Assembly (NCBI GenBank): GCA_051859245.1
Contig: JBHYGA010000005.1
Span: 827,537 to 891,536 of the forward strand
Direction of reading: 5' to 3'
Source: Gemmatimonadaceae bacterium
Lineage (GTDB): Bacteria > Gemmatimonadota > Gemmatimonadetes > Gemmatimonadales > Gemmatimonadaceae
Length of the DNA: 64,000 nt
The notes beneath the pieces were generated by a model. It was not told where the DNA came from. It made no database searches and saw only the letters and a program-made list of their open reading frames with translations. This document shows positions 19,764-30,883 of the stretch, in pieces; position 1 is the stretch's first letter, and the number at the start of each line of letters is the position of its first letter. The position numbers and the translations under genes were made by a program.

Positions 19764-20837
19764 ATGCGCCGCGCGCTTGTGCTCGCGGCGCGTGGTGCAG
19801 GACAGGTGGCGCCCAATCCGTTAGTTGGTGCCGTTGTGGTTCAGGATGAACGCGTCGTCGGCGAAGGGTGGCATGCGCAATACGGTCAGGCCCACGCCGA
19901 GGTCGCGGCGCTTAACGCCGCTGGTGAACGCGCTCGCGGGGCCACACTGTACGTGACGCTTGAGCCGTGCAATCACACGGGCAAAACGCCGCCGTGTACT
20001 GACGCAATCCTGAACAGTGGCATCGCCCGCGTGGTCTACGCGGTGGCAGACCCGAATCCACGAGCCGCTGGCGGCGCCGAACGGCTACGTGCCGCGGGTG
20101 TGCAGGTGCATCACGGCGTGCTTGAGGCGCAGGCAAGCGAACTGAACGCGCCCTTTCTGTTCGCCGCACGCGGGGCCACGCGCCCGTGGGTCACGCTCAA
20201 GCTCGCGGTCTCACTCGACGGCGCGATTGCCGATCACACCCGCCGCCCGGGCTGGATTTCCGGCAGCGCGGCGCAAAAGGCAGTGCATCGGCTTCGGGCC
20301 GGTGCCGACGCGATCGCGGTGGGCATTGGCACAGCGCTCGCGGACGATCCGGCCCTCACGGTTCGGTATGGTCCGCCGCCCCGCGTCGCCCCACGGCGGG
20401 TGGTGTTCGACCGCCGAGCCGAACTTCCTCTCGCGAGCAGGCTGGTGAGGTCGGCGGCCGAGGTACCGGTGCTCGTCCTGACCGACACCGCGCCGGTTTC
20501 CCACGGCGCGAGCGCTCGGGCGGCCGCCCTCGAAGCCGCTGGTGTGACCGTGATACGCGCTGAGAGCGTGGCCGCGGCCCTGGCCGCGCTCAAGCAGCAG
20601 GGCGTGAACCATCTGCTGGTGGAGGGCGGATCCGGCCTCGCCAGCGCGCTGGTAGACGCCAATCTGGTAGACAGACTGATTATGATTCAGGGATCAGTCA
20701 TTCTCGGGCAAGGCAGCTTGCCCGCGTTTGCGGCGCTTCCGCCGCGGACCGTCTCTGAGGCCAAGCGCTGGCGCGTACTGTCGCGGAGGGCGCTCGGTGA
20801 CGATAGCATGACGACGTACGCTGTTTCGGAACTGTGA
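19764..20837 (+). CDS. ribD: Bifunctional riboflavin deaminase/reductase
   Basis: PNPLVGAV, HAE and TLEPCNHTGKTPPC deaminase motifs; KLAVSLDG and LLVEGG reductase motifs. The start could be at 19722. Confidence 0.95.
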   Translation: MRRALVLAARGAGQVAPNPLVGAVVVQDERVVGEGWHAQYGQAHAEVAALNAAGERARGATLYVTLEPCNHTGKTPPCTDAILNSGIARVVYAVADPNPRAAGGAERLRAAGVQVHHGVLEAQASELNAPFLFAARGATRPWVTLKLAVSLDGAIADHTRRPGWISGSAAQKAVHRLRAGADAIAVGIGTALADDPALTVRYGPPPRVAPRRVVFDRRAELPLASRLVRSAAEVPVLVLTDTAPVSHGASARAAALEAAGVTVIRAESVAAALAALKQQGVNHLLVEGGSGLASALVDANLVDRLIMIQGSVILGQGSLPAFAALPPRTVSEAKRWRVLSRRALGDDSMTTYAVSEL

Positions 20838-20844
20838 GGACGGG

Positions 20845-21453
20845 ATGTTTACGGGTTTGGTGGACGACGTTGGCACCATTGAAACGGTGGCCGACACGCC
20901 GGCTGGGCGCGAGCTGCGCATCGCCTGCAAGTACGATGACCTCGCACCGGGCGAGAGCATTGCCGTAAACGGCGCCTGTCTCACCGTTCGTGAATACGGT
21001 GCGGGCTGGTTTACGTGCGCCGCCGTGGTCACCACGCTAGGCCGCACGACCATCGCTAACTGGCAATCCGGCACGCGCGTGAATCTTGAGCGCGCGATGC
21101 GCCTGGGCGACCGCTTGGGCGGACATCTCGTGCTCGGGCACGTCGACACCGTGGCGACTGTTCGTCACACAGCCACTCGTGATGACGCGTGGCTCGTTGA
21201 TCTGCAGCTGCCGCCAGACATTGCGATGCTGATGGTACCACACGGATCGCTAACCGTTGACGGCGTCAGCCTCACGGTCAACGCGCTGCTCCCGGATAAC
21301 GGCGTGCAGCTCTCCATCATCGAGTACACGAGCCGTCATACCACGCTCGGCGCGCTGTCGAAAGGCGACGCGGTGCACGTGGAAGCCGATGTGTTGGCAA
21401 AACACGTCGCGCGGCTGCTCGCACCTCAACTTGCCGCACACGCCCTGACCTGA
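20845..21453 (+). CDS. ribE: Riboflavin synthase (alpha chain)
   Basis: MFTGLV start, [27 protein letters not shown]. Confidence 0.96.
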   Translation: MFTGLVDDVGTIETVADTPAGRELRIACKYDDLAPGESIAVNGACLTVREYGAGWFTCAAVVTTLGRTTIANWQSGTRVNLERAMRLGDRLGGHLVLGHVDTVATVRHTATRDDAWLVDLQLPPDIAMLMVPHGSLTVDGVSLTVNALLPDNGVQLSIIEYTSRHTTLGALSKGDAVHVEADVLAKHVARLLAPQLAAHALT

Positions 21454-22748
21454 TGTCTACCGCACAGAGCAGCACCCCAAATGCAACAAGTCGCGCCACG
21501 CCCTCGGCGTCGCACGACTCCATTGCCATCAGTCCACCGAACACGATTGCGCGCGCGCTTGAAGATTTGCGCGCTGGCAAGTTTATCGTCGTGGCCGACG
21601 ATGAAGATCGTGAGAACGAAGGCGATCTGATCTGCGCCGCCGAAATGGTGACGCCTGAGATGGTGAACTTCATGCTGAGCGCCAAAGGCATGATCTGTCT
21701 TGCCATCACCGGTGAGCGCGCAGATCTGCTGGGCCTCGGCCCGCAGGCCGATGACAACACCGAAGCCATGCGCACCGCGTTCACTGTCAGCATTGACGCC
21801 GCGCCCAAGTACGGTGTGACCACCGGCATCAGTGCGTCGGACCGCGCGACCACCATTCGTGTGGCCGTCGATCCGTCGTCCACGCGCGCTGACCTGCGCG
21901 TGCCGGGACACATTCATCCGTTGCGTGCGCGTGACGGCGGGGTGTTGCAGCGGGTTGGACACACGGAAACCGCGGTTGATCTCGCGCGCATGGCGGGTTT
22001 GCAGCCGGCCGGTGTGATCTGCGAAATCCTCAATGCCGATGGCACAGCCGCTCGTCGACCGGATCTGGAAAAGTTTTGCGCGGAACACGGGCTCACGTTC
22101 ATCACCGTTGCGCAGTTGGTCGCGCATCGATTGCAGACGGAGCGTCTGGTGCATCGCGCAGCCGAAGCGCGATTGCCAACCGAGTTTGGCGAATGGCGCA
22201 TTGTCGGGTATCGCAACGAAGTGGACGATCGCGAGCACGTGGCGCTGGTATGCGGCGACGTCACGTCTCCGGAAGCACAAGCGGAGCCCGGTGTCCTGGT
22301 GCGCATGCATTCGCGCTGTCTGACCGGCGATGTGTTTCACTCGCGTCGCTGCGACTGCGGCTGGCAGCTGGAAACCGCGATGGCCGCCATGCAAAAGGAA
22401 GGGCGCGGTGTGATTGTGTACCTCGATCAGGAAGGGCGCGGCATCGGGTTGATCAACAAGTTGCGCGCCTATGAGTTGCAGGATCAGGGAGCCGATACGG
22501 TTGAAGCGAACGAACAGCTCGGCTTCAAGGCGGACCTGCGCAACTACGGCATTGGTGCACAGATTCTGCTCGATCTCGGGCTGCGCACCATTCGCGTGAT
22601 GACGCAGAATCCTCGCAAGCTCGTGGGACTCGATGGCTACGGTCTCGTGTTGCATGATCGTGTGAAGCTTGAAGCCCCTGCGTCTGACGACAACGCCAGC
22701 TATCTCGAGACCAAGCGTACCAAGCTCGGTCATCTTTTCGCGCTTTAA
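21453..22748 (+). CDS. ribBA: Bifunctional DHBP synthase / GTP cyclohydrolase II
   Basis: [34 protein letters not shown] and QEGRGIGL. Confidence 0.96.
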   Translation: MSTAQSSTPNATSRATPSASHDSIAISPPNTIARALEDLRAGKFIVVADDEDRENEGDLICAAEMVTPEMVNFMLSAKGMICLAITGERADLLGLGPQADDNTEAMRTAFTVSIDAAPKYGVTTGISASDRATTIRVAVDPSSTRADLRVPGHIHPLRARDGGVLQRVGHTETAVDLARMAGLQPAGVICEILNADGTAARRPDLEKFCAEHGLTFITVAQLVAHRLQTERLVHRAAEARLPTEFGEWRIVGYRNEVDDREHVALVCGDVTSPEAQAEPGVLVRMHSRCLTGDVFHSRRCDCGWQLETAMAAMQKEGRGVIVYLDQEGRGIGLINKLRAYELQDQGADTVEANEQLGFKADLRNYGIGAQILLDLGLRTIRVMTQNPRKLVGLDGYGLVLHDRVKLEAPASDDNASYLETKRTKLGHLFAL

Positions 22749-22754
22749 CACCAT

Positions 22755-23255
22755 ATGGCTGATCTGACAGGAATTCCGCGCGGCGAAGGACGACGCATCG
22801 CCGTTGTCGCCAGTCGCTTTAACGAAAGTGTGACCACGCGACTGGCCGAGGGCGCGGTCGATGCGCTCGTACGTCATGGCGCTGACTTTGGTGATGTGGA
22901 TGTGCTCTGGGTACCGGGTGCATGGGAGCTGCCAATGGCAACACGTCGCGCCCTGGCGTCGGGACGCTACGACGGCGTGGTTGCGGTTGGCGCAGTGATT
23001 CGCGGCGAAACACCGCACTTTGATTTTGTGGCTGGCGAAGCGGCGCGCGGATTGGCCGAAGCCGGTCGCGACTTTGATGCACCGGTCACGCTCGGTTTGC
23101 TCACCACTGACACACTCGCGCAAGCGGAAGCACGTGCCGGCGGTGATCACGGCAACAAGGGCTGGGATTCGGCGTTGGCGTTGCTCGAGATGCTCGATCT
23201 GTTCGATCGCATGGAGCCGGCCGCCGATGACGACGAATCAACGGACGAGGGCTGA
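22755..23255 (+). CDS. ribH: 6,7-dimethyl-8-ribityllumazine synthase
   Basis: VASRFN, VPGAWELP, IRGETPHFDFV, GNKG. Confidence 0.96.
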   Translation: MADLTGIPRGEGRRIAVVASRFNESVTTRLAEGAVDALVRHGADFGDVDVLWVPGAWELPMATRRALASGRYDGVVAVGAVIRGETPHFDFVAGEAARGLAEAGRDFDAPVTLGLLTTDTLAQAEARAGGDHGNKGWDSALALLEMLDLFDRMEPAADDDESTDEG

Positions 23256-23256
23256 C

Positions 23257-23847
23257 GTGGCTGATCTACGAGATGACGCGTTCTGGGATGGACCGTCAAT
23301 TGCCACGCCCGCATCCAAGCCTGCAGCCAAGCCGTCCGCACGTGCAGTGCCAGCAAAACCACAAGGCGTCGCGCCGCAGACGTCGGCAATGCCGCGCTCG
23401 TCGCGTGCCAAACCGCAGGGCAACAAGCGACAGATTCAACGACTCGAAACGCGCGGTCGCGCGCGCGCATTGCAAGCGCTCTACGCGGCCGACTTGCGCG
23501 ATTTCACGCAGCTGAAAAAGATCTCCGTGCAGGTGTGGGACGATCTCGCCATTGTGCCAGAAGAGCGATTGTTCGCGTCGCGATTGATTGCCACGATTAT
23601 CGAACGATCCGCCGAAGTTGATGCGTCACTCACGGCGGTGACAGCGAACTGGCGTCTTGAACGATTGGGTGCAATCGAGCGCAGTGTGTTGCGTCTTGCG
23701 GCTGCCGAGTTTCTGCGTGGCGAAACACCGCCGCGTGTCGTGCTGCAAGAAGCCATTCATCTCGCGGAACGATATGGCACGGAACGCAGCGCGCGTTTTG
23801 TGAACGGCGTGCTCGACGCCTACGCGCGACACATCGGCGCCTTGTGA
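23257..23847 (+). CDS. nusB: Transcription antitermination factor NusB with N-terminal low-complexity extension
   Basis: RARALQALY, NWRLERLGAIERSVLRLA, EAIHLAERYG, FVNGVLD; follows ribH. Start uncertain. Confidence 0.92.
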   Translation: MADLRDDAFWDGPSIATPASKPAAKPSARAVPAKPQGVAPQTSAMPRSSRAKPQGNKRQIQRLETRGRARALQALYAADLRDFTQLKKISVQVWDDLAIVPEERLFASRLIATIIERSAEVDASLTAVTANWRLERLGAIERSVLRLAAAEFLRGETPPRVVLQEAIHLAERYGTERSARFVNGVLDAYARHIGAL

Positions 23848-24980
23848 GTACTGCGGCGGATCGTCCGCTCCGCATTGTGGTGGTGAACTGGCAGTGCCGC
23901 GACAATCCGCTCGCTGGCGGTGCGGAAATTCACCTGCACGAAATTTTCGGCGGACTGGTGCAACGCGGGCATGACGTCACGTTGCTCTGCGGCGGCTGGC
24001 CCGGTTGCCCGCCACGGGCCGAGCTCGATGGAATTGCCGTGCACCGGGTGGGCACGCGCCAGTCGTTTCCGTTCAAGGCGCGGGCCTACTGGAACGCGCA
24101 CCACGCCAGCTGGCGCCCTGATGTCATTGTGGAAGACATCAATAAGGTGCCGCTGTACACCCCCAGGTGGAGCGACGTGCCGGTGGTGGCGCTGGTGCCG
24201 CATCTCTTTGGCCCCACGGCATTTCGCGAACTGTCCTTCCCGCTGGCCTCGGCGGTGTGGCTGGCCGAGCGGCCGCTCCCGTGGATGTACCGGGGGGTGC
24301 CATTTGAGGCAATTAGTGACAGTACCCGGGACGACCTCGTGCAGCGCGGAATTCCAAAAGATTCCATCCGCGTGATCTTCCCCGGGATCGATACTTCGCA
24401 GTACACTCCGGATACGAGCGTTCGCGCCGATCGTCCTACCTTTGCATATCTCGGTCGGTTGCAGCGCTACAAAGGGGTAGACCTTGTGATCCGCGCGTTT
24501 GCGGAGGGCAAGTTGGAAGACGCAGTCTTGGAAATCGCGGGTGCGGGAAACTATCGACCATCGCTCGAACGACTCGCGCTAGAACTCGGTGTCGCCGAAC
24601 GGGTACGGTTTCTTGGTCGGATTGACGAGACTGGTAAGCAGGCCCTGCTTCGACGGGCATGGGCCATGGCATTCGCATCACCAAAGGAGGGTTGGGGCAT
24701 TACCAATCTCGAGGCCGCGGCAAGCGGAACTCCGGTGATCGCGTCGAACTCTCCGGGAATTCGTGAATCCGTCCAACATGAAGTGACTGGCTTTCTTGTC
24801 ACGCATGGGGACACCGTGGCCATGGCGCAGGCAATGCGTCGCCTGGCGCAGGATCGCTCACTGGTTGAGCGCCTGGGCGTGGCGGCGCGAGAGTTCGCGA
24901 CCGGATTCACCTGGGAGCGAGCGGCCGCTCACACTGAGGCTCACCTTCGCGAGATCGTGAGTCGGAGAGGAAATGGCTGA
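23844..24980 (+). CDS. Glycosyltransferase family 4
   Basis: GGAEIHL, YLGRLQRYKG and EGWGITNLEAAASGTPV (EX7E). Confidence 0.92.
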   Translation: MSTAADRPLRIVVVNWQCRDNPLAGGAEIHLHEIFGGLVQRGHDVTLLCGGWPGCPPRAELDGIAVHRVGTRQSFPFKARAYWNAHHASWRPDVIVEDINKVPLYTPRWSDVPVVALVPHLFGPTAFRELSFPLASAVWLAERPLPWMYRGVPFEAISDSTRDDLVQRGIPKDSIRVIFPGIDTSQYTPDTSVRADRPTFAYLGRLQRYKGVDLVIRAFAEGKLEDAVLEIAGAGNYRPSLERLALELGVAERVRFLGRIDETGKQALLRRAWAMAFASPKEGWGITNLEAAASGTPVIASNSPGIRESVQHEVTGFLVTHGDTVAMAQAMRRLAQDRSLVERLGVAAREFATGFTWERAAAHTEAHLREIVSRRGNG

Positions 24981-25301
24981 ATGGAAATCATCCTGCACGC
25001 GCACCATGCCGAAGTCACCGAAACCCTTCGCGCCAAAGCAGAGCGCGCCGTTGAACGACTCGGAGCCAGGCTCCGTCGTGTCGTAACGGCGATCGTTCGC
25101 TTTGAGGGCGACGGGCCAAGTAAACGGGTTGAGATTGTCCTGCAGGCGCCGCGGCGCGCGGACATCGTAGCTCAGGCCTTTGACCGGCGATACGAGCCGG
25201 CGCTCGCGGCCGCGGTGAGTCGACTGGAGTCGCAGGTGTCCCGAACACGCCGATCGCGCAGGCCACGCACCAAGCTGATGCCTGAGGCGCCTCCCGGGTG
25301 A
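24981..25301 (+). CDS. hpf: HPF/RaiA family ribosome-associated protein (short form)
   Basis: MEIILHAHHAEVTETLR...AAVSRLESQV pattern, directly before hprK. Confidence 0.75.
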   Translation: MEIILHAHHAEVTETLRAKAERAVERLGARLRRVVTAIVRFEGDGPSKRVEIVLQAPRRADIVAQAFDRRYEPALAAAVSRLESQVSRTRRSRRPRTKLMPEAPPG

Positions 25302-26275
25302 CCGCTCGCCTCACCGTCACAAAACTGTTGGAGACGATGCGGGATTCGCTCCAGCTCGAGGAGCTGGGCGAACCCGTAGGTCATGATCGCGAGATCACGA
25401 GTCCCGAGGCGTCCAGCCCGGGACTCGCTCTTGCTGGTTACCTCAACCGGTTTCCGTACCAGCGCATTCAGGTGCTCGGCGAAACCGAAATCACCTACCT
25501 GCAATCGCTCGACGAAGCCACGCGCACCGCGAATCTCACGCAGTTCTTTGATTTTCCCATGCCGTGCGCGTTCGTCACCAAAGGTCTCGAGCCACCCGCG
25601 CCACTGGTGGAGCTCGCCGACAAGGCGGGCGTGGCGGTGCTGCGTTCCAAGCTGAAAACCGCCGAGTTCTATCGCATTATCAAGCCGTATCTGGCCGATC
25701 ATTTCGCACCCACCACCACGATGCACGGCTCGCTTGCCGACGTGTTCGGTGTGGGGCTGTTTTTCACAGGTAAAAGCGGCATTGGCAAGTCAGAGTGCGT
25801 GCTGGACCTCGTGGAACGCGGACACCGTTTGGTCGCGGATGATCTGGTGTTTGTCTCACGAAAGGGCAGTGATGTATTGATCGGACGCGGGCACGAACGG
25901 CAGCGACATTTCATGGAGATTCGCGGTGTCGGCTTGATCGACGTACCGGGAATTTTTGGTGTCAAAGCCGTGCGACAGCAGAAGCGACTCGAGGTCGTGG
26001 TCGTACTTGAGGCGTGGGATGCCGGCGCCACGGTTGATCGCACGGGCCTCGATGTGCAGACCACCACGGTGCTTGGGGTTGAAGTGCCAAAGATTACCGT
26101 GCACTTGAATCCCGGAAAAAACATTACCGTGATTGCCGAAGTCATCGCGATGAATCATCTGCTCCGCTATCATCGTGGATACGATTCGGCGACGGCATTC
26201 AACGAAATGCTGATCGGCGACATGAAGCGACGCAGCGGTGCGACGCATCGCTATCTGTTGGAGGACGACGAGTGA
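25298..26275 (+). CDS. hprK: HPr(Ser) kinase/phosphorylase
   Basis: GKSGIGKSE Walker A, GHRLVADD, MEIRGVGLID. Confidence 0.96.
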   Translation: MTARLTVTKLLETMRDSLQLEELGEPVGHDREITSPEASSPGLALAGYLNRFPYQRIQVLGETEITYLQSLDEATRTANLTQFFDFPMPCAFVTKGLEPPAPLVELADKAGVAVLRSKLKTAEFYRIIKPYLADHFAPTTTMHGSLADVFGVGLFFTGKSGIGKSECVLDLVERGHRLVADDLVFVSRKGSDVLIGRGHERQRHFMEIRGVGLIDVPGIFGVKAVRQQKRLEVVVVLEAWDAGATVDRTGLDVQTTTVLGVEVPKITVHLNPGKNITVIAEVIAMNHLLRYHRGYDSATAFNEMLIGDMKRRSGATHRYLLEDDE

Positions 26276-26691
26276 GCGAGAAGGCGACGGTCGTTGCAGT
26301 GGTTGCCGGGCATGGTCGCTTCGCCGAAGGGCTGCTTTCGGCGCTCGACCAGATTACGGGCCGCGGCAGCGCGTTTGTGGCCGTGTCAAATACCGGACTC
26401 AATCCGTCCGATCTCGAAACGCTCATTGTGTCGGCGCTCGATCGCACCGGCGCTCGCGTGGTATTCACCGATCTGCCGGGCGGAAGTTGTACGATGGCCG
26501 TTCGTCGTGTGCAGCGCGCACGCGAAGACGTGGTGTTGGTGACCGGCGCGAACGTCGCGGCACTGATGGAGTTTCTCTTCGCGGCGGAGGGCCCGCTCGG
26601 CACCCAGGTGGCGGGGCTGTCGCAGGTGGGCGCGATTGCGCGCGCGTCCGCCGAAAAGGCGAAGGACACGCTAGCCGTGTTTGGAGGCTGA
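26272..26691 (+). CDS. PTS mannose/fructose-class EIIA
   Basis: VAGHGRFAEG (phospho-His), FTDLPGGS, VTGANV. Confidence 0.85.
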   Translation: MSEKATVVAVVAGHGRFAEGLLSALDQITGRGSAFVAVSNTGLNPSDLETLIVSALDRTGARVVFTDLPGGSCTMAVRRVQRAREDVVLVTGANVAALMEFLFAAEGPLGTQVAGLSQVGAIARASAEKAKDTLAVFGG

Positions 26692-26692
26692 T

Positions 26693-27184
26693 GTGAGCCT
26701 GCTGCTCAATCGCATTGATGATCGACTGATACACGGACAGGTCGTGGTTGGGTGGGGTCAACCGCTCGCGCTGCAATTCATCGTGTTGGTCGATGACGAT
26801 GTGGCGTCCAGCGACTGGGAGCAGGAGTTGTACCGCATGGGCGTACCGCCCGGCATGCAGGTGTATTTTCACACCATTGCGGAAATGCCATCGCAACTTG
26901 GTGCGTATGTCAGCGATCCGCGCGCCGGACTGTTGCTGGTCGGTCACGTAGAAACGATGCAGCAACTGGTGGCGCAAAATCCTGAAATCACCACCGTCAA
27001 TGTTGGCGGCGTGCATCACGCCGAAGGGCGCACGCAGCGATTGCGCTACGTGTTTCTCACGCCGAATGAAGAGCAGGCGCTCCGCGCCATTCAGGCCCGC
27101 GGCGTTGAGGTGTCGGCGCAGGATGTCCCGTCGGCACGTCCTGTTCCGCTGGACGAACTGCTCTCCGCTCGTCAGACTGCCTGA
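26693..27184 (+). CDS. PTS mannose/sorbose-class EIIB
   Basis: RIDDRLIHGQVVVGW and VNVGG. Confidence 0.92.
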   Translation: MSLLLNRIDDRLIHGQVVVGWGQPLALQFIVLVDDDVASSDWEQELYRMGVPPGMQVYFHTIAEMPSQLGAYVSDPRAGLLLVGHVETMQQLVAQNPEITTVNVGGVHHAEGRTQRLRYVFLTPNEEQALRAIQARGVEVSAQDVPSARPVPLDELLSARQTA

Positions 27185-27189
27185 TCGCC

Positions 27190-27894
27190 GTGCTTCTGTT
27201 CGTGCTTGATTTCCTGCCGTTTGTGCTGCTCGGCGCCGTGCTCGGTCTCGATGTCGTGAGCTTTCCGCAAGCGATGATCTCAAGGCCGATCGTAGCGGCC
27301 ACCCTTGCTGGTGCGTTCGCCGGAGCGCCAGCCGCCGGATTGGTTGTTGGTGTCGCGCTTGAGTGTGTGGCGCTCGAAACATTGCCGTTTGGTGCCTCGC
27401 GATATCCCGAGTGGGGCAGTGCTTCGGTGGTTGGCGGCGTGATTGGCACGCGCGGTGCAGCTGACGCGCTGCTCCCTGATCCCGGTGCCTGGGTGATTGG
27501 TGTTATGGCCGCGATTGCCACGGCCTGGCTTGGCGGCTGGACCATGGTGCAACACCGGCGGTTGATCGCGCACTGGGCGCGTCCGCGATTGGATTCACTG
27601 GCGGCAGGCTCGATGCGAACGGTGGTCGCGCTGCAGGTGTTTGGCATGACGTCTGACCTGGTGCGTGGTGGAGTGCTCACGTTGCTCGCATTGCTCGTCT
27701 CCTGGCCGATCACCACGTGGGCGATTGACGCGTGGCGGCTCGGGGCCGTGGAAACGAGAGGCGCGCTCATTATTGGCGCCGCGGCGGTTGGTGCGTCGGC
27801 CGTTTGGAAAGTGTTTCACGGGTTCTCGGTCACGCGGCGTCTGTTCGTGGTGGGACTGGCCGTTGGCACCATGCTGGTGACCTTCCGTGGCTGA
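27190..27894 (+). CDS. PTS mannose/sorbose-class EIIC
   Basis: QAMISRPIVA, LPFGASRYPE; polytopic membrane protein between IIB and IID. Confidence 0.85.
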   Translation: MLLFVLDFLPFVLLGAVLGLDVVSFPQAMISRPIVAATLAGAFAGAPAAGLVVGVALECVALETLPFGASRYPEWGSASVVGGVIGTRGAADALLPDPGAWVIGVMAAIATAWLGGWTMVQHRRLIAHWARPRLDSLAAGSMRTVVALQVFGMTSDLVRGGVLTLLALLVSWPITTWAIDAWRLGAVETRGALIIGAAAVGASAVWKVFHGFSVTRRLFVVGLAVGTMLVTFRG

Positions 27895-28759
27895 GGCGGC
27901 GAGCGTGCCGGGCACGGTCGCGGGCACGGTCGCGGGCGCGGTCGCGGGCTCGGTGAGCGCGACGGCGTCTTCGGGCGCGGCCACACCGGGGTCTGCGCCG
28001 CCCGAACTTCCCGCCCTTACGCGCGCCAGCATGTTGCTCCGCTGCCTCGCGATTCAGGGTTCGTGGAACTACGAAATCCTCGGAGGCAACGGCGTGGGAT
28101 TCTGCGTGGAGCCGGCGCTTCGCTCCTTGCCGGGCGGGCCCGGAGGAGAGGCGTACCGGAAAGCACTCGCGCGGCAGTGTGTGTACTTCAACGCGCATCC
28201 GTATCTGGCCTCGCTGGCCGTTGGCGCCCTCGCCCGGGCCGAATTGGACCAGAGTCCTCCCGAGCGCATCGTACGGTTCCGTACGGCGCTGTGCGGGCCG
28301 CTGGGCAGTCTCGGGGATCGTCTGGTCTGGGCCGCGTGGCTTCCCGCCTGTTCGCTGGTTGCGCTGCTACTGTTCGGGGTGGGCTGGAGCGCGCTGGGGG
28401 TGGCGGGCGCGTTCCTTCTGCTGTACAACACAGGGCATCTCGCATTGCGTGCGTGGGGGCTGGCCGCGGGTTGGCTGCATGGCATGCGGCTCGCGTCAGC
28501 GCTGAGTGCTCGCTGGTTACAGCAGGGTCCGCAGTACATTGGTCGGGGGGCGGCGCTGGTAGCCGGGATTGCACTCCCCTTTGCATCGCATCGCGCCATC
28601 GGCGGTGGTCCGATTCTCGATCCGGTGCCGTTGGCTGTCGCTGCGCTCACGCCGTGTCTCGCGTTTCTTCTTGTGCGACTTCACGGAAAAGTGGAAGGCT
28701 GGCAATTGCTCTTCGGATTGCTTGCGCTTCTCGTCCTCTATTCGACGGTTCTCCACTGA
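27887..28759 (+). CDS. PTS mannose/fructose/sorbose-class EIID
   Basis: QGSWNYE, YFNAHPY, GPLGSLGDRLVW. Confidence 0.9.
   Translation: MAEAASVPGTVAGTVAGAVAGSVSATASSGAATPGSAPPELPALTRASMLLRCLAIQGSWNYEILGGNGVGFCVEPALRSLPGGPGGEAYRKALARQCVYFNAHPYLASLAVGALARAELDQSPPERIVRFRTALCGPLGSLGDRLVWAAWLPACSLVALLLFGVGWSALGVAGAFLLLYNTGHLALRAWGLAAGWLHGMRLASALSARWLQQGPQYIGRGAALVAGIALPFASHRAIGGGPILDPVPLAVAALTPCLAFLLVRLHGKVEGWQLLFGLLALLVLYSTVLH
27911..27958 (+). repeat. In-frame 12-bp tandem repeat (about 4 copies, GGCACGGTCGCG) at the EIID 5' end
   Basis: ggcacggtcgcg x2, ggcgcggtcgcg, ggctcggtgagc, encoding GTVA GTVA GAVA GSVS. Confidence 0.8.
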
Positions 28760-29025
28760 TGGCAGAACGATCGGTTCAAATCGTGAACAAGCATGGGCTG
28801 CACGCGCGGCCAGCTGCGGAAATGGTCAAAGCCGCTTCCCGTTACCAGAGCGACATCACGATTGCGCGTGATGATCTCGAGGTGAACGGCAAGAGTATCA
28901 TGGGCGTGATGATGCTGGCGGCGGAATACGGCGCGAGCATTACACTGCGCGCCAATGGCCCCGACGCAGACGAGGCCATCGAAGCGCTCGCCGTGCTCGT
29001 GTCGTCCCGGTTCGGGGAGAGCTAA
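28759..29025 (+). CDS. ptsH: Phosphocarrier protein HPr
   Basis: GLHARPAA (His15) and NGKSIMGVMML (Ser46); ATG overlaps the EIID stop. Confidence 0.96.
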   Translation: MAERSVQIVNKHGLHARPAAEMVKAASRYQSDITIARDDLEVNGKSIMGVMMLAAEYGASITLRANGPDADEAIEALAVLVSSRFGES

Positions 29026-30768
29026 GTGGATTCGGTCCTCCGCGGCATCCCGGCATCGGCTGGCATTGTCGTGGGTCCGGTGCACCTCCTGCGATGGGAG
29101 GTGCCGGAGGTCCGTCAACGTCTCATTCTCGACGACGAGATTGACGCCGAGTTAGCGCGCTTGCACGCCGCGATCGATCGCGCGCGCGATCGGCTGACCA
29201 CGCTGCGCACGCGCGCCGAGGCGCAGGCGGGGCCGGAGGAAGCTGCGATCTTTGATGTGCAGCTCTCCATGCTCACCGATGGTGAGTTGCTGCAAAGCAT
29301 CGAAGCGCTGATCAAACAGAATCTCGGCGCCGAAAAAGCGTTTGATATCGTGCTGCTCGAGTGGCAGCAGCACTTTGCGCGTCACGCCACGCCCATGTTG
29401 CGTGAGCGCGTTGGCGATCTGACTGATGTGCACATTCGTGTGCTGTCGATTCTGCTCGATCTGCCGGATCATGATCCGGTGGACGTGCCCAAGGGATCGA
29501 ACGCGATTCTGGTGACACACGATCTCACGCCCAGCCTCACGCTGCAGCTGGACCGCGACGCGATTGGCGCGATTGCCACCGAAGAGGGCACCGCCACCGC
29601 GCACGTCGCGATTCTGGCGCGCTCGCTCGGCTTGCCGGCCGTGGTTGGTTTGCGCAGTGCGGCAAAAACGCTGCGCGGTGGTGAGCTCGCCATTCTCGAT
29701 GGCACCGAAGGCACGCTCACGATCTCACCTACCGAAGCCGAAGTCGCCGACGCCCGGTTGCGTGCCGTGGCCGATCAGGCGCGCGACGAAGAGCTGCGGG
29801 AAGTCGCGCAGGCGGAAGCGGTCACGCTCGACGGGGTGGCGCTGGTGGTGCGCGCCAACGTGGACATCCCCGAAGAAGCGGAGTTGGCGGCGACGAGTGG
29901 TGCCGATGGTGTTGGGCTCATGCGCACCGAGTTTCTGGTCGTCGGGCGCGCGAACATGCCCGACGAAGACGAACAGTATCGCGCGTATCGACGAGTGGCC
30001 GAAGCGTTTGCCGGACGGCCCGTCATCATACGCACGTTTGATATTGGCGGCGACAAGTTGCCGGTGGGCGGGTATCCGCACGAAGCCAATCCGTTTCTTG
30101 GCTGGCGCGCCATTCGCATGTGCCTCGACGAGCCGGAATTGTTCAAAGTGCAACTGCGGGCGCTGCTACGCGCGGCCGTGCACGGTGATATTCGCATCAT
30201 GCTGCCGCTTGTTGTCACCGTGGATGAAGTGCGTGAAGCGCGTGTATTGCTCGACGAATCGGTGCAGGAACTGGTCGCGCGCCGCGTCCCATTCCGCAGC
30301 GATGTGCCGCTCGGCGTGATGGTGGAAACGCCCGCCGCAGCGCTCGCCTGCGACACGCTGGTGCGCGACGTTGATTTCCTCAGTATTGGCTCGAATGATC
30401 TGGTGCAGTACACGCTCGCCGTCGACCGTGGCAATGTGAATCTGGCGCCGCGATTCACACCGCTGCATCCGGCCGTGTTGCGACTCATTCGTGAAGTCGC
30501 GGCAACTGGCGCACAGCATGACTTGCCAGTGGCTGTGTGTGGTGAGATGGCGTCGCAGCCGCTCATGGTGTTCGCGCTTGTTGGGCTCGGCGTGCGGCAG
30601 TTCTCGGTCTCTCCGCGTGCGGTGCCGGTGGTGAAACGACTGCTCCGCAACATCACCGTGTCGGCCGCGAAAGATGCGATGAACGCGGCACTGTCCAGCT
30701 CGGGAACGGCGCGCGAAGTCGAGTTGATTCTGCGGCGTCGTTTGCGCGTCGCGCTCGGCGAGGGTTAG
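29026..30768 (+). CDS. ptsP: PEP-protein phosphotransferase (Enzyme I)
   Basis: [12 protein letters not shown] (phospho-His), [44 protein letters not shown]. Confidence 0.96.
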   Translation: MDSVLRGIPASAGIVVGPVHLLRWEVPEVRQRLILDDEIDAELARLHAAIDRARDRLTTLRTRAEAQAGPEEAAIFDVQLSMLTDGELLQSIEALIKQNLGAEKAFDIVLLEWQQHFARHATPMLRERVGDLTDVHIRVLSILLDLPDHDPVDVPKGSNAILVTHDLTPSLTLQLDRDAIGAIATEEGTATAHVAILARSLGLPAVVGLRSAAKTLRGGELAILDGTEGTLTISPTEAEVADARLRAVADQARDEELREVAQAEAVTLDGVALVVRANVDIPEEAELAATSGADGVGLMRTEFLVVGRANMPDEDEQYRAYRRVAEAFAGRPVIIRTFDIGGDKLPVGGYPHEANPFLGWRAIRMCLDEPELFKVQLRALLRAAVHGDIRIMLPLVVTVDEVREARVLLDESVQELVARRVPFRSDVPLGVMVETPAAALACDTLVRDVDFLSIGSNDLVQYTLAVDRGNVNLAPRFTPLHPAVLRLIREVAATGAQHDLPVAVCGEMASQPLMVFALVGLGVRQFSVSPRAVPVVKRLLRNITVSAAKDAMNAALSSSGTAREVELILRRRLRVALGEG

Positions 30769-30883
30769 CCCGGCGCTGCGTTTGTCCGTGGTGAGGCGCA
30801 CGGGTTGCTCGCCTTGGTCGTCGAAACTAGTCTACGCGGTTGGAACTCAGCCGCATTCATTTTCCCTCTCGCGCGAGGCATGC

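Noticed and set aside
19700..19764. FMN riboswitch before the rib genes
   Set aside because: There is no intergenic space and no RFN motif; ribD abuts the upstream gene.
21426..23150. Long antisense ORFs (e.g. 574 aa opposite ribBA/ribH, 402 aa opposite argS, 399 aa opposite ATP-grasp 2)
   Set aside because: They are shadows of high-GC coding strands with no recognisable motifs.
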